This document shows positions 13,240 through 26,110 of a DNA stretch of 64,000 nucleotides, in pieces; positions within the stretch are counted from its first letter, which is position 1, and every line of letters begins with the position of its first letter. Source of the stretch: Hemiscyllium ocellatum (taxonomy: Eukaryota). The notes below the pieces were generated by a model. It ran no database searches and had not been told where the DNA came from. It was given only the letters and a program-made list of their open reading frames with translations. Location: positions 7,054,433 to 7,118,432 of the forward strand of contig NC_083446.1 in assembly GCF_020745735.1 (NCBI RefSeq), written 5' to 3'. The position numbers and the translations under genes were made by a program.

Positions 13240-13760
13240 ACCCTACAAGTGAGGTGGAAACGCCAGCAAAGGTACTGCAGCGTTGGTGATAGTCAGAATG
13301 GGGCAATCAATTATTTAGAATTCCACTGACTGCTCTGTCCACTGCAAACCAGCCACAACCTCACCACTCCTAAGCCTTCCCATGTCTACCTTCCACCTCC
13401 CCCCAGAGATTGTTACATATGCTTGGCCAAACCAGTTTCATTTGGAATCCACCCCCTTACCTCATGATGTAGTCTCTGCTGAGACACAGTTGCAACACTT
13501 TCCTTTCCCACCTTGGCAAATTCCCCCCTTGTCTGACCCCAGAGCTTTTCACCTGGCGCCTCCAGCCCTTTCTCAAGCAGCAACCCAATCTATCACCATC
13601 AGTTTGGAGAGACAACAAACTACATACATTCCCTTCAGTGGGACTCCGCTATCAACTGATCCAGTATTATCCCTCCATGATCTCGTGTCACTCCCTACCT
13701 CTGTAAACCCTTATAACCTTGACTCCCAATTCTGGACTTGTGCACATTCCCAATTTTAAT
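13240..13760 (+). mobile_element. Highly degraded PLE RT fragment
   Basis: Remnants resembling LSTD.YYKPT and SQF.R..ICS motifs. Confidence 0.35.
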
Positions 13761-13904
13761 TATGCTACCATTTAACTTGAAACGACCTCTCTTACTCTAG
13801 GCAAATCCAAGGAAGGTGACAATGAATGGACCTTTGCTCTTTCGCACTGATCATGGGAATCCACCTTAACTAGCATTTGACTTGACTGCTTGTAGAACCC
13901 GGGC

Positions 13905-15050
13905 CTTAATCAGATGGGCCAATGGACTGAGGAGTGGCAGATGGAGCTCAACTTAGATAAATGTTAGATGCTGCATTTTGGTAAGGCAAATCAAGGCAGG
14001 ACTTACACACTTAAAGCTAGGGTTCTGGAGAGAGTTGTTGGAGTGCCGGTTCACAGTTCCTTGAAAGCAGAGTCACAAGTAGACAGGGCGGTGAAGAAGG
14101 CATTTGGTACGCTTGCCTTTGTTGGTCAGTGCATTGAGTATAGGAATTGGAAGGTCATGTTGTGGCTGTATAGAACATTAGATTAGATTACTTATAGTGT
14201 GGAAACAGGCCCTTCGGCCCAACAAGTCCACACCGACCCGCCGAAGCGCAACCCACCATACCCCTACATTTACCCCTTTTACCTAACACTACGGGCAATT
14301 TAGCATGGCCAATTCACCTAACCTGCACATCTTTGTGACTGTGGGAGCAAACCGGATCCAGCACCTGGAGGAAACCCACGCAGACACGGGGAGAACATGC
14401 AAACTCCACACAGTCAATCGCCTGAGGCGGGAATTGAACCCGGGTCTCTAGCACTGTGAGGAAGCAGTGCTAACCACTGTGCCACCGTGCCACCCACTTG
14501 GTTAATCCTCTTTTGGAATACTGCATTCAAATCGGGTTTCCCTGCTGTAGGAAAGATGTTGTGAAACGTGAAAGGGTGCAGAAAAGATTTACAAGCATGT
14601 TGCCAGAATTGGAGGGTTTGAGCCATAGAGATAGTCTGGACTATTTTCCCTGGGAGTATCAGAGATTATGGGGTGACTTTATAGAGGCTTATAAAATCAT
14701 GAGTGGCAATGGATAGGGTAAATAGCGAAGGTCTTTTTCCCAGGGTAGAGGAGTCCAAAACGAGAGGGCGCAGGTTTAAGGTGAGAGGGAAAAGATTTAA
14801 AAGGGACCGAAGGGCAACTTTTTGACACAGAGGGTGGTGCACATGTGGAATAAGAAGGTGATGAAGGCTGGTATAATTTCCAAAATTTAAAATGTGTCTG
14901 AATGGGTATATGAATAGGAAATGCTTAGTGGGATATAGGCCAAATGCTGGCAAAAATGGGACTAGACTAATTTAGAATACTGTATCTGGTTAGCATGGAC
15001 AAGTTGGACTGAAGGGTCTGTTTCCGTGCTGCACACCTCTATGACTTTAT
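13905..15050 (+). mobile_element. CR1/HER1 LINE 3' portion, interrupted by HE1 SINE
   Basis: WQMELNLDKC.MLHFG, KKAFGTLAF, LEYC, RVQKRFT; ends in HER1 tail. Confidence 0.88.
14177..14495 (-). mobile_element. HE1 V-SINE (young)
   Basis: tRNA-like head with A/B boxes, V domain, (AATCT)n tail. Confidence 0.92.
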
Positions 15051-15859
15051 GATGGATCTGTTAAGTATATTTGTGCTCACATGAGATCGACTGAGACTGA
15101 ATTAATTCATATTTGAACACAGCAATGTAGCAATGAATTAACACTTTCTGGCACCAGTACAACATGTTAGCCACAGATATCATTGTGAACAACGCAGTTT
15201 ATTAAGAGACACATCACGGCACTCTTCCCTCAAGCTGCACATTACTCAACACCGGCTCTGAATATAATGTAGTCTGCTTCAATCCACACCTGGTGAAGTC
15301 ATGGTAAAGTTACAGACCTTGTATTCATTGGGGGTGGGGGGGGGGGAAGAAGGATAATAATCACGGTGGGAGATTTTAAAAACTCGAGGCCATTTTCACA
15401 GCAGCAGGGAATTTTTCAGAAATCTAAGGGAGGTGTTCAAAATTATGAAAGTATTGAGAGGTACTGAATTAATAATAGGGCCTGGGATTTATACTCAAAA
15501 TATAATGAGTGGAGGAGGAAGATTTTCCATACAATGAAATATAAAACCCATTTGGGCATGGGCCTGTTAAAATCATGACAAATGCAATACTTCTGAGAAA
15601 AATGTTGAATATTAAGGGAAATGGGATTATTAATATAAAGATACCACAGGCATACATAATGGTATAAAAATCCCCTAAGATTCTGATTTAAGAAATGCCA
15701 ATTGCATATTTTCCATTAGCCAATATGGCTCCTCTAGGCCATACCTGTTGGAATAGTTCCACAGAGGATGAGAAGGCTCTAACAATTCACAGCTCCACGG
15801 ACAGAACAATGGCATATCCTGTGGAGAAAACAAAACTTATTCAGGTTTTTAAATGATCA

Positions 15860-16175
15860 TAAAATCCCCAGTGTGGAAGCAGGCCATTTGGCCCATCAAG
15901 TTCACAATGACTCTCTGTACAGGATTCTGCCCAGGCCCAACCCACCTACCCCATCCATGTAGCCCTGCATTTCCCATGGCTAATCCATCCAGCCTGCACA
16001 TCCCAGGACACTATGGTTTATTTAGTATGGTCAATCCACCCTAACGTACACATTTTTGGTCTGTGGGAGGAAACCCATACAGACATGGGGAGAATGGGCA
16101 AACTCCACACAGTCACCTGAGGGTGGAATCGAACCCCTGGCATTGTGAGGCAGCAGTGCTAGCCACTGTGCCAAC
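15860..16175 (-). mobile_element. HE1-like V-SINE (older)
   Basis: Degenerate head, V domain and tail. Confidence 0.8.
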
Positions 16176-16480
16176 AGTGTAGATGGATACAATGACACCG
16201 TTCCCAACCCTAAACTTGCTTTTAATATTAAACATTAAACTTTGTGAATGAGACAATACTTTGACCTGCCTCTCTGACAAACCTTAACTGGAGGGTTAGA
16301 AAAGCTTCGAGAAAGAAGAGCTTGCATCTTGATTGATACAAAATTGAGAACTCAGATTGGGCAATAAATACTGGCAAAGCCAGCAGTGCCCACATCCAGT
16401 GAACGAGTTGAAAGCATGAAGACCACCATCACCATAAAGAGCCCAGTAGCGTTCGTAACAGAGCAGCAGTGTGCATTTGT

Positions 16481-16789
16481 GGGCAGCATGGTGGCTCAGT
16501 GGTTATCACTGCTGCCCCACAGCACCAGGGTCCCAGGTTCGATTCCAGCCTCGGACGACTGTCTGTGTGGAGTTTGCATGTTCTCCCCGTGTCTGCATGG
16601 GTTTCCTCCAGGTGCTCCGGTTTGCTCCCACAGTCCAAAGATGTGCAGGTCAGGTGAATTGGCCATGCTAAATTGTCCCGTAGTGTTAGGTGCATTAGTC
16701 AGAGGGAAATGGGTCACTCTCCGGAGGGTTGGTGTGGACTTGTTGGGCCAAAGGGCCTGTTTCCACACTGTAGGGAATCTAATCTAATC
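16481..16789 (+). mobile_element. HE1 V-SINE
   Basis: GGGCAGCATGGTGGCTCAGTGG head, GTTCGATTC B box, V domain, aatct tail. Confidence 0.92.
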
Positions 16790-17019
16790 ATGTTGACTTC
16801 AGACCTCCTGGAGTCACAAATCACCAATCATTATCGACTGAGTCTAAAGGTTCAAGACCCACTCCAGGACTTGAATCACAATTTCAGTACAGCACTTGCA
16901 GGTGAGACACTGAATAAAGGTTCTATCTGCCTTTATGAGGGCAAAATAATCTCAGTCACACTCGCCTGAAAGTATGAATGGAAAGAGAACAGAGGTGACA
17001 AAATATACACAAGGCATGT

Positions 17020-17395
17020 TTTGAGGAGGAGTACTGAGTGTCCATTTGGTCCACTGTGTCTGCTCACCCTTCAATGAGCTTAAGCAGGTCTGATATTCAA
17101 CCCACACTTTGCTGCCTTTTCTCCTTAACCCTTGAGTTCTTTACTGATTAAAAATGTTCCACTCAGCCTTGACGACATTCAATGACCCAGCCTCAACAGC
17201 CCTCTGTGGTAAAACCAAGTCGACAGATTCACTATCCCTGTCAAGAGAAGAAATTCCTCCTCATCTCTGTCTTAAATGAGGTACTCTGATATTTTGTCCT
17301 CTGGTCCTAGACTCTCCCACAAGAGGAAACAACATCTCTATGCCTATCCTGTCAAGTCTCTCAAGATTCCTATATGTTTCAATAATGTCCCCTGG
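17020..17395 (-). mobile_element. CR1 LINE 3' fragment
   Basis: Reverse complement of F.T.MRRNFFS.R..NL region and CR1 tail. Confidence 0.7.
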
Positions 17396-17721
17396 ATCAC
17401 CTTAGGCAACAAAATCGATGATGCTGTGTACAGTGGAAACCAAGACAGGGCCACAGAAGGTGGAGAAAGACTAAGGTATGTTTTTTTTTTGTTTAAGGTG
17501 AAGACTGTGTTAAGATCATTCGGCTGAGGACAGGTGGATGATGGGCAGTTTGTAAAGTATTGAATAAGGTGGCCATGTCCTGGATGAGTGGATTCTGTAA
17601 ATGTTCAGGTGTTTAACTAGAAGGAAATACTGAATATGAATCAGAGGTAGTAATGGAGGCCTAGCAGAGGGCAAAAATAGGCAGTGGGAACATCAGCCTC
17701 GGGTCAGATAGGCAACCAAGC

Positions 17722-18128
17722 ATTTTTTAAAATTCATTTGTGGGATGTGGTCATTGCTGGCTGGCCAGCATTTATTGCCTGTCCTGAGTTATCCTTGAAG
17801 AGACTTTGTCACGATTGCTACAACGGAATGGTAATTTCAGAGGGCAAATGAAAAGTCAAACAGGTTGTGTGAGTCTGGAGTCACATGTAGGCCAGACCAG
17901 GCGAAGATGGCAGATTTCCTTCCCTGAAGAAAATTAGTGAACCAGATGGGTTTTTCCAACAACACAATGTTTTCATGATCATTAGTAGATTATTAATTTC
18001 AGATTTTCTTGATTGAATTCAAATTCCATCATCTGCTGTGGAGGGATTCGAACCCAGATCCCCTGAATATTAGCCGAGTTTCTGGATTAATAGTCTCACG
18101 ATAATACCACAAGGCCATCGCCTACCCA
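17722..18128 (-). mobile_element. tRNA-headed SINE sharing its 3' tail with the second CR1-like LINE family
   Basis: Head ggcgatggcc..gtgg..gggttcgaatccc; tail ggcaataaatgctggcc...cacatccc. Confidence 0.8.
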
Positions 18129-18249
18129 TCACCTTTGGCGTATTGATCAGGGAAAAAAAACACATCAGATAAAGCCAGAACATGCATGCTTTTCAAGCGA
18201 GTAAACAAGCTTAATGAGTCAGTGGCTAGAAATTACAGAATTCAGTTAG

Positions 18250-18577
18250 AATAATAGAATCAGTACAGTGTGGAAGCTGTCCATTCGAGTGTACACCAAC
18301 CCTCCCACAGAGACCCAACACCCTACCCTATCCCTATAAACCTGTGTTTCCTATGGCTAATCCACCTAGCCTGCACATAACTGGACACTGTGGGAAATTT
18401 GGCACGCCAATTCACCTAACCTGCACATTTTTGGACTGTGGGAGGAAACTGGAGCATCCAGAGGAAACCCACAGACACGGGGATAATGTGCAAACTCCAC
18501 ACAGACAGTTGCCTGGGGGTGGAATCAAACCCAGGTCCCTGGCTCTGTGAGGCAACAGTATTAACCACTGAGCCCAC
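18250..18577 (-). mobile_element. HE1-like V-SINE
   Basis: V domain and head on the minus strand. Confidence 0.82.
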
Positions 18578-20193
18578 GAGCATGTAACAATGAATTCTGG
18601 AGTCCCCGAATTGTCTTTAGGCAAACTGAAAGATGCAGGATATCTCCTTTTTGAGAGATTGTGAACAATCTATATCCTTAGGGTTTCTGTTTGGCTGATA
18701 ACAGAACATAGAATAGCGCAGCAAAGGGAAAGATACCATATACAGACACACACCGAGAACTTGGGCACGTCTCACCAAAGGATTTGCAGCATGACAACCA
18801 TCCTTATTGGAGCTCCGGAGAATTGAGTGCAAAAGCTCCCAGCACCCCATGGCAGTTCAGCAGCTCCATTAGGGTTTCGTCACTAAGGCTGGATGGTTGT
18901 TCCGATCATGGTAACGCCACCTTGAAACTGTCCATTTTTCTGGCCATCTGCTTCATTGGGTTATTTGCTTGATGTCACTACCATCAGTGTTTTCTGTGAA
19001 AAGGGTTTGTTCCTCTCATGATCCAGATGACCCTTCTTTGCAAAGTCTCTTTCCTTCCAACTTTCATTGAAATTGGCGCATTAATCTTCGCCCCCAGACA
19101 TTCTACATTCCACAAGATTTCCCAACCTAAGCTTGGGATCACCTGACTGTCACTCCTTGGTTTGACTCATTCCCTCTATCTATTTCCAGCCTTGGTAAGG
19201 TCTCACACCATTTCAACTCAATTAGCCCTTTGCATGACGATAGAGGCCCTTTAAGATGTTGTGCCTAAGTGGAATGCTGTCAGGAATAAATGATGAGTTG
19301 TGCTTTTGTGACACACTGTTAAATTATATGAAGACCTTTGCGGTTCCTCAGGGAAAAGAAAAACCTTTTAGTTGCTAAGCATCCTAACCTTGGAAACCAC
19401 CCCACCTCCTCCCATCCTAAGGGGCTGCCTCACCGTATTTATTACCCTCAGGATTCTTTAGTCACTTAACTATTGATGGTGGAAGGGGGGCTTGATAACT
19501 AGCTCCCCTTTGATTTTAGCTTGATTGAAAATGGGACTTCTCCTTTAAGACGACAGTCTGGATGGGAGATTCTGCTCCTCCTCGAGAACTAGTCAGGCAG
19601 ACCCAGCTGCGTGTCGGTGAGCGAGTGAGCTGGCTACAAACCTAGCTGCAGAGACAAAATCTTCAGTACAGAGACGGCAGAGGACAGCATTCCACAGGCA
19701 CAGCTCCTGAGAAACGTGCAGCTTCTTTGTCAGAAATTTAAAAATCCTGAAGCAGACAGGAGAGGACCGTCAGCACAAGTGGGAAATTTCTTCAGATATT
19801 TCCCCCCCCTGCTCCAGCACCATCAGAAATATTTTGAGACAGAAGAACAGTGTCAATGAATCCACTCCGCATCTAGTCTCTTGAAGAAAGACGCATGTCA
19901 CACTTCTGGGCAGATCAGAAGCAATGGACCACTAAACCCTGCTCGTTATGAGAAACTGTCGGAGGGTGAGACAAAACTGCTCCATTTTCTGCTGCTGATT
20001 TACAGAGACTTGATACACAGAGTCAGTTTTAGTCAACCAGAGTGAATATAAACAAAGCTAATCGGGGGACTGAAAATAATTTGAGTTACCTTCTGATAAA
20101 TGAATTCAGTTCTATAGTTTTTTAGGGATGTGCGAACTACTGACTTCCAAGTCCAGCTTATTCTAACATCTGGAACAGATTTTGTTCTTTTAG

Positions 20194-20227
20194 CTTCAAG
20201 GAGCTGAAAATATTAAGCATCATCCAG
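20194..20227 (+). other. Candidate 34-nt 5'UTR exon of the PROKR gene
   Basis: CTAAC branch point (20163-20167), ttttgttcttttAG acceptor, CAG|GTAAGA donor. Confidence 0.45.
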
Positions 20228-21299
20228 GTAAGATTTGAAAAACTTCAGTCCCTTGTCTCTAGAGACACTTTAAAATGGATTACGTTAAAAGAAAATGTTT
20301 CCATGATACGTTGCAAATGTCCTACTCTGTTTACAGGTGGTGGAGGCTTCAGAAAGCTTTGAATGTTTCACTGCAGCCGGTGGGTTTCGGTCTGGTGAGA
20401 TCAACTGAGTTTAAGTAACTGCTGTCACCAGGGTCCAGACTTACATTTAGGTTGGGACCTGGTCTGATCTGGATTCTGACCTTCCACCGACACACCCTCC
20501 CCTCCCCCAGTCTCCTACATCGACAGTAACAGCCCTGCTCAGATCCACTAGCTAACTCTAACCGGGGTTAAATCATGAACGTCTTGTTCTGTGCAATGGA
20601 GTGTTGCACTGATCGGATTCAAGCAAAAAAAAATTTGCTTTTTATTTAACAGCGCTCACATCTGAGCCTTTGGTGGGACATATTAACAGTATATTTACTG
20701 TAACTATCCTAAAATAATAACTGGCAGAGTCTACAGAGTCAAGCAGCATCCACCAACAGGAACATCAGAGGACACAGGTTTAAGATAATTTGAATTACTT
20801 TAAGTAAAATGCCAAAGGGAAGGTGATCAGAAAAAAAAAACGACATGCAGCGAGTTGTTCTGGAGTGAGCTGGAACCTGCCATGGATGGCAGATGCAAAG
20901 TTGGTAGCAGCTTTACAAAGGGAATGTGGTATTATCATCAGGAAGAAATGTCAGGACCGTGGGGTAAATGTAGAGGAAAGCGGGCAACTAATTAAATCAC
21001 ACTTTGAGAAAAAGCATTGACATGATGAGTTGAATGACCTCCTTTCATGTCCTTTAATTTGATAAATTCAAAATCAGGTCATAAATATACTGAACATTTC
21101 CCAAGCAAAAAGATGGAGTTTGCCTTACACAAGGGACAACTGGTTTAGCCGACAGTCTGATTAGACCTGTCTAAATAGAGTCACGTTAAATCATTTGGGA
21201 CAGGTTGCTGGTGGGCCACCTGCAACAAACTCCAGTAAAGTTCCTCTCACGTTTTTATGCTAACACAGTCTGTTCAGAAACATCATCCTACCTACAGCA

Positions 21300-21665
21300 G
21301 CATTTCTAGTAGCAGCACTGTGTACCAAGTACGAAATGCACTGCAGGAATTCGCCGAAGATCCTCAGATCAGCACCTTCCAGACCCACAAACACTAACGT
21401 GTAGATGGACAAGGGCAGCAGGTACATGGGAACTCCATTCTTTGCAACCTCCCCTCTGAGCCACTCGCCATCCTGACTTGGAAATATATCAGCCGTTCCT
21501 TCAGTGTCACTGGGTCAAAATCCTGGATTCCCTCCCAAAGGGCATTGTGGGTCTACCTATAGCAGGCGACACAAGAAAGCAGCCCACCACCATCTTCTCA
21601 AGGGGCAACTAGGTACAGGCAATGAATGCTGGGGCCAGTCAGCAATGCCCCATGTCCCATAACTG
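21300..21665 (+). mobile_element. CR1-like LINE (second family) 3' end
   Basis: GSKSW.SLP motif and the tail shared with the tRNA SINE. Confidence 0.8.
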
Positions 21666-21708
21666 ACTATTTCTGTTGGCCAGTTACTGAACAGGTCTTA
21701 AAATTGTG

Positions 21709-21900
21709 TGCTGAAAATGTGTTGCTGGAAAAACGCAGCAGGTCAGGCAGCATCCAAGGAGCAGGAGAGTCGACATTCCGGGTATGAGCCTTTCCGAAAC
21801 GTTGATTCTCCTGCTCCTTGGATGCTGCCTGACCTGCTGCGCTTTTCCAGCAACACATGTTCAGCTCTGATCTCCAACATCTGCAGTCGTCACTTTCTCC
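21709..21900 (+). mobile_element. Miniature fold-back PLE
   Basis: Inverted arms of about 70 bp, 34-nt unpaired tail, TSD ttaaaattgtg at 21698-21708 and 21901-21911. Confidence 0.9.
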
Positions 21901-22419
21901 TTAAAATTGTGCGGGCAGTGTCAGAGTGGGAAGATGACTGAAGTATCACCCGGAGGAGCATTAATACAATGAGGTGGCTCCAGATCTCATTAGGCAGTGA
22001 TCATACATCATACTGATGCCACATAGACAGGCTTCAGGTACAGGTTCTGGCTTATTCCCCAAAGGCCAGACAGAAATTTTGTAAGGGAAAGCAATATCCA
22101 TCTGTCCCTAATCATTCTGGGACCAGTTAGTGTGTGAATTTGCAGGGAACCCGCTATATGCCCACATTCTGGGCTGACTGGTAGAGTGTGAGAGACAGTG
22201 AGCGCGCGCATGTCTGTGTGGGGGCACGCATGCTCTTGTCAGTATGTGTGCGTGAGATGAGAGAGAAAACAACACAGAGAAAAATAGGAACCTCTCTGCC
22301 AATAAATACTACTTCCCCTCTATAAAGGGCCTGGAGGGCCACAAAACATTTCTCATAAAGAATCCTCTGCTGGGTAATGCAAGCTCAGTTTACTGCCCAT
22401 TTTCTCAACTCACTTGCTC

Positions 22420-22686
22420 ATTCATCGAATCCCTACAGTGTGAAAACAGGCCACTCAGCCAATCTAATCCACACTGACCCTCTAAACAGAATCTTACCCC
22501 AGACCCACACCCCTAGACTATCCCTGTAACCCTGAATTTACCGTGGCTAACCTGTACGTCTTTGGATTCTGAGAGGAAACCTACTCAGGCACGGGGAGAA
22601 TGTATAAACTCCACACAGTCACCCAAGCCTGGAATCAAACCCGGGTCCCTGACACTGTGAGGCAGCAGTACTAACCACTGTGCCAT
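22420..22686 (-). mobile_element. HE1-like V-SINE
   Basis: Degenerate head, V domain and tail. Confidence 0.78.
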
Positions 22687-23598
22687 TGTTTGAGGTGTTG
22701 CCATGTAAAATGCCCACCAATCGAGACAATGGGAGAGTTTAAGTTATTGGATTGTGTGCAACCTCACACTCCCCACCTCGCACTAACAGTTGTATCTATC
22801 CCCGTGGGAATCAAAGAGTGACTCTTCTGAACCAGCACAATGGTGAAGCACTTTTGTCCCTGTCCTCACTGCAAATCACTCACTCACATTGCACAGTTCA
22901 AACCAAGTCTGAACTTGTGTGACTGAGAAAATATTCTAGTTTTAGCATGGGTCACGGGATAACGATCAGAACTAGTTGGTGACAACAGTGGTTTTCTTTA
23001 ATGGTGGTTGTGGTGGGTTGGGGGGAGACGCGGAATACAAAAGCAACTGAACCACACAGAATTACAATATGGCACAGCACGGAAAGAGGCTAATCGGTCC
23101 ATTAGGTTTGAGATGGCTCTCTGAAGGAGCAATTTATCTCACCCATGCCTTCTCCATGCGGTCCCACACGTCCTTACTTTTCAGATATTAAACTAGTTGA
23201 TATCTTTCTTTCCCTCTGCAGCCTTTCCCAGCGGAAGCTGAGAAAATGACCCTCTCTTACTACTGCCTTTGACAGAGAGGAGTAAGCGTAACGTGGATCA
23301 GAACTGAACTGAATTTGTTCCTTCACCTGACTCAAAACCCAGAGTCACAGGAGCAGTTTCGGTGTCATATTCCAACCGTCTATCAGAACGATGCAGACAA
23401 TGTTCTGATTCTCAGTGCCTAGCAAGCCGCGGAAGTTAAAATAAACTCGATCCAGGTAGACCATCTGCAGAAGAAACTTTGCAATCAGACCTTTTATCCT
23501 GCAGGAATTTATGTGCAAGAAACACTAATGAACTCTTGACAGAAGAGGAGCTCAAACAAAGATTGGAGGATTTTGGTGAAAACTGTAAAACTTCAGCC

Positions 23599-24053
23599 AT
23601 GGTAGATCACTGTGCCAATGTGTCACAATGCAGTGACTTGAGTTTAACTGACCTTGGCTTGTCTTGGAATCAGAGTTATGAGTATGAACAATACATGTCA
23701 TTGCCAGATATAAGAGGGCAGGAGGCTGCCGATAATACTTTCTACCAGGCCAGGGTTGTGATAGGTGTGGCCTTTGTCTGCATCATGCTGGTCTGTGGTG
23801 TTGGCAATTTCTTCTTCATTGTGACCCTGGCCAGATACAAGAATCTGAGGAACATCACCAACCTCCTGATAGTCAACCTGGCCATCTCTGATTTCATTGT
23901 GGCCATTGTGTGTTGTCCCTTCGAAATGGATTACTACGTGATCAGAGGGCTGTCCTGGAGCTTTGGTCATGTTCTGTGTTCCTCTGTGAACTACCTCAGA
24001 ATGGTGTCCCTCTATGTCTCCACCAACGCGCTGCTGGTCATTGCCGTCGACAG
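23599..24053 (+). CDS. PROKR: Prokineticin receptor family GPCR, coding exon 1 (N-terminus to TM3)
   Basis: Kozak gccATGg; [39 protein letters not shown]; exon ends in DR with phase-2 donor AG|GTGAGA; upstream acceptor at 23504. Confidence 0.95.
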
Positions 24054-24099
24054 GTGAGAAGCTCTCGTGTGTTACATTCGGGGTTCTTCTGCAAGTGCA

Positions 24100-24412
24100 C
24101 AGAATCATAGTATCCCTACAGTGTGGAAACAGGCCATTTGGCCCAAAAAGTCCACATTGACCCTCCGATGAGTAATCCACCCAGACCCATTTCCCTACCC
24201 TATTACTCTACATTTCCCCTGGCTAATTCACCTAACCTACACTTGCCTGAACACTATGTGCAATTTAACATGGCCAATCCACCTAACCTGCACATCTTTG
24301 GATCATGAGAGGAAACCGGAGCCCCACAGAGGAAATCCATGTAAAAACAGGTATGATGTGCAAGTTCCAGACAGACAGTCCCTGGCACTGTAAGGCAGCA
24401 GTGCTAAGTCAC
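24100..24412 (-). mobile_element. HE1-like V-SINE in PROKR intron
   Basis: gtgtggaaacaggcc tail and V domain. Confidence 0.8.
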
Positions 24413-24579
24413 TACAAGTTGCCTTCAGCCATCAACCTGAACTCTGTTTCCTAGCCAGCAATTCCATCTCCTCTTTGGACATTAGTCTAGGTGACGCCAA
24501 GCCAGACAGAAGGCAACCCTGCATCTTAGTTGGTCCTGAGTAGAGTTTCCAAACACAATCTCTGCTCCAAGAGAATATA

Positions 24580-24800
24580 TAAGGCAAAGTTGCCATAGTC
24601 CTACTGGACCATAGGTCTTCCATTTCATTAGAGATAGACAACTGATGGTGAATTATCCTGATGTCACCATGTCTCAGGTGAGGGGAGGGGTCGAGAAGGA
24701 GAATCCTTCATGGTGACCTCAGCCAGTACAGAAATTGAACCCACACTGTCAGCATCACCCTATCGCAAACTGGCTATCCAGCCAATTGAACTAACTGAGT
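24580..24800 (-). mobile_element. Other tRNA-headed SINE
   Basis: Minus strand begins tcagttagttcaattggctgga..gggttcaatt (A/B-box-like). Confidence 0.5.
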
Positions 24801-24819
24801 CCCTATACACTTACATTAA

Positions 24820-25436
24820 TATAGATATTGGACTGTTAATCCAGAACCCTAGGTTAGCATTCTGGGGATGCGGGTTCGAAACCCACTATGACAGAAGGTG
24901 AAATTTGAATTCAATAAAATCTGCAATCAAAATCCATTTGAATAATGATGACTTACCATTCTTGTTTTAAAAAAACCCTACTTGGTTCACTAATATTCTC
25001 AAAGGGTTGGAAATCTTCCGTCCTTACCTGGTCTGGCCTATAAGTAACCCCAGCACTGTGGTTGACTCTTAACTGCTGTCTGAAATGGCCAATCAGTCCT
25101 AACTGCCATTTGTTACCCATGCCCAGAAGAAAGTGAGAGCTGCATGTGCTGGAGATCAGAGTTGAGAGTGTGGTGCTGGAAAAGCACAGCAGGTCTGGCA
25201 GCATTCGAGGAGCAGGAGAATTGATGTTTCGTGCATAAGCCCCACATCAGGAATCCTGGTGCGGAGCTTATGCCTGAAACGTCGATTCTCCTGCTCCTTG
25301 GATGCTGCCTTACCTGCTGCGTTATTCCAGCGCCACACTCTCGACTCTGACCTCCAGCACATGCAGCTCTCACTTTCTTCTGGGCATGGGTAACAAATGG
25401 CGGTCTTGCCCACAATGTTGATATCCCATGAAAGAC
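24820..25436 (+). mobile_element. tRNA-headed SINE (same family as 17722-18128) interrupted by a fold-back PLE
   Basis: gggttcgaaaccc B box, shared body, tail resumes at 25381. Confidence 0.78.
25126..25380. mobile_element. Miniature fold-back PLE with two complete arms
   Basis: Inverted arms of about 110 bp, HHR remnants at the centre. Confidence 0.9.
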
Positions 25437-25489
25437 TATACTGTTTACTTTGACACCTGCAGTATGACCCTTCCTCACCCCGACTCAGC

Positions 25490-26110
25490 TATTTCCTGCT
25501 GAAATCACCATCCCATCTCATTCCCTCTCAAGTCTCAACTATTCCAATGCTCTTCCAGGATTCCCCATCTTCCACCCTCCTTAAAACGCCCAGATTATCC
25601 AAATCTCTGTTAGCCCTTATCCTAACCCACATCAAATCTTCTTCACCCATCATCAATTAACTACACCAACGTCCACACTAGCAAAGTGACAAATTTTAAG
25701 TTGTTGTCCTTGCATTCAAATCCATGGCAATGTTGCTCCGTACTCAGTAAATTCCTCCAGCCTCACAATCCTTAGCAAATTCTACATCAAATGTAACATC
25801 CTATGGATTCTTGATTTATTTTTGCCTAACTACAGGTGGCCATGCCTTTCAGTCCAGGCCTTAAACCTCATCCTGAAACCACCTTAGCTCTTTCTCTCCT
25901 ACTTTTAAGAAATTGCTTAAAAACAATTTGACCAATCTCTTCACAAACAAATACAGAAATTGCCACAAAGGCTCAGAAACAAAACTGTTCTGAGAAAGGA
26001 TCAGCCAATCCAAAACGCTCTTATCTTTTGATCATTTGCCCTCATATCTCCCCAGGTGTCTGATGGCCTTGAGCATTATCAATAAATTACTAACTACGTT
26101 AGGAACGAGA
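25490..26110 (+). mobile_element. Degraded L2 LINE 3' end
   Basis: Remnants of LDYCN.LL.GLP, QN, FK.L.L.FK motifs. Confidence 0.55.

Noticed and set aside
21709-21900. Palindromic elements as DNA-transposon MITEs or pre-miRNAs
   Set aside because: Asymmetric tail, variable 10-15 bp TSDs, HHR cores and PLE ORF ends in longer copies point to Penelope origin.
23479-23598. N-terminal extension of the PROKR ORF in the ORF track
   Set aside because: Starts at TTG upstream of a splice acceptor; the ATG at 23599 has a strong Kozak context and gives a normal receptor length.
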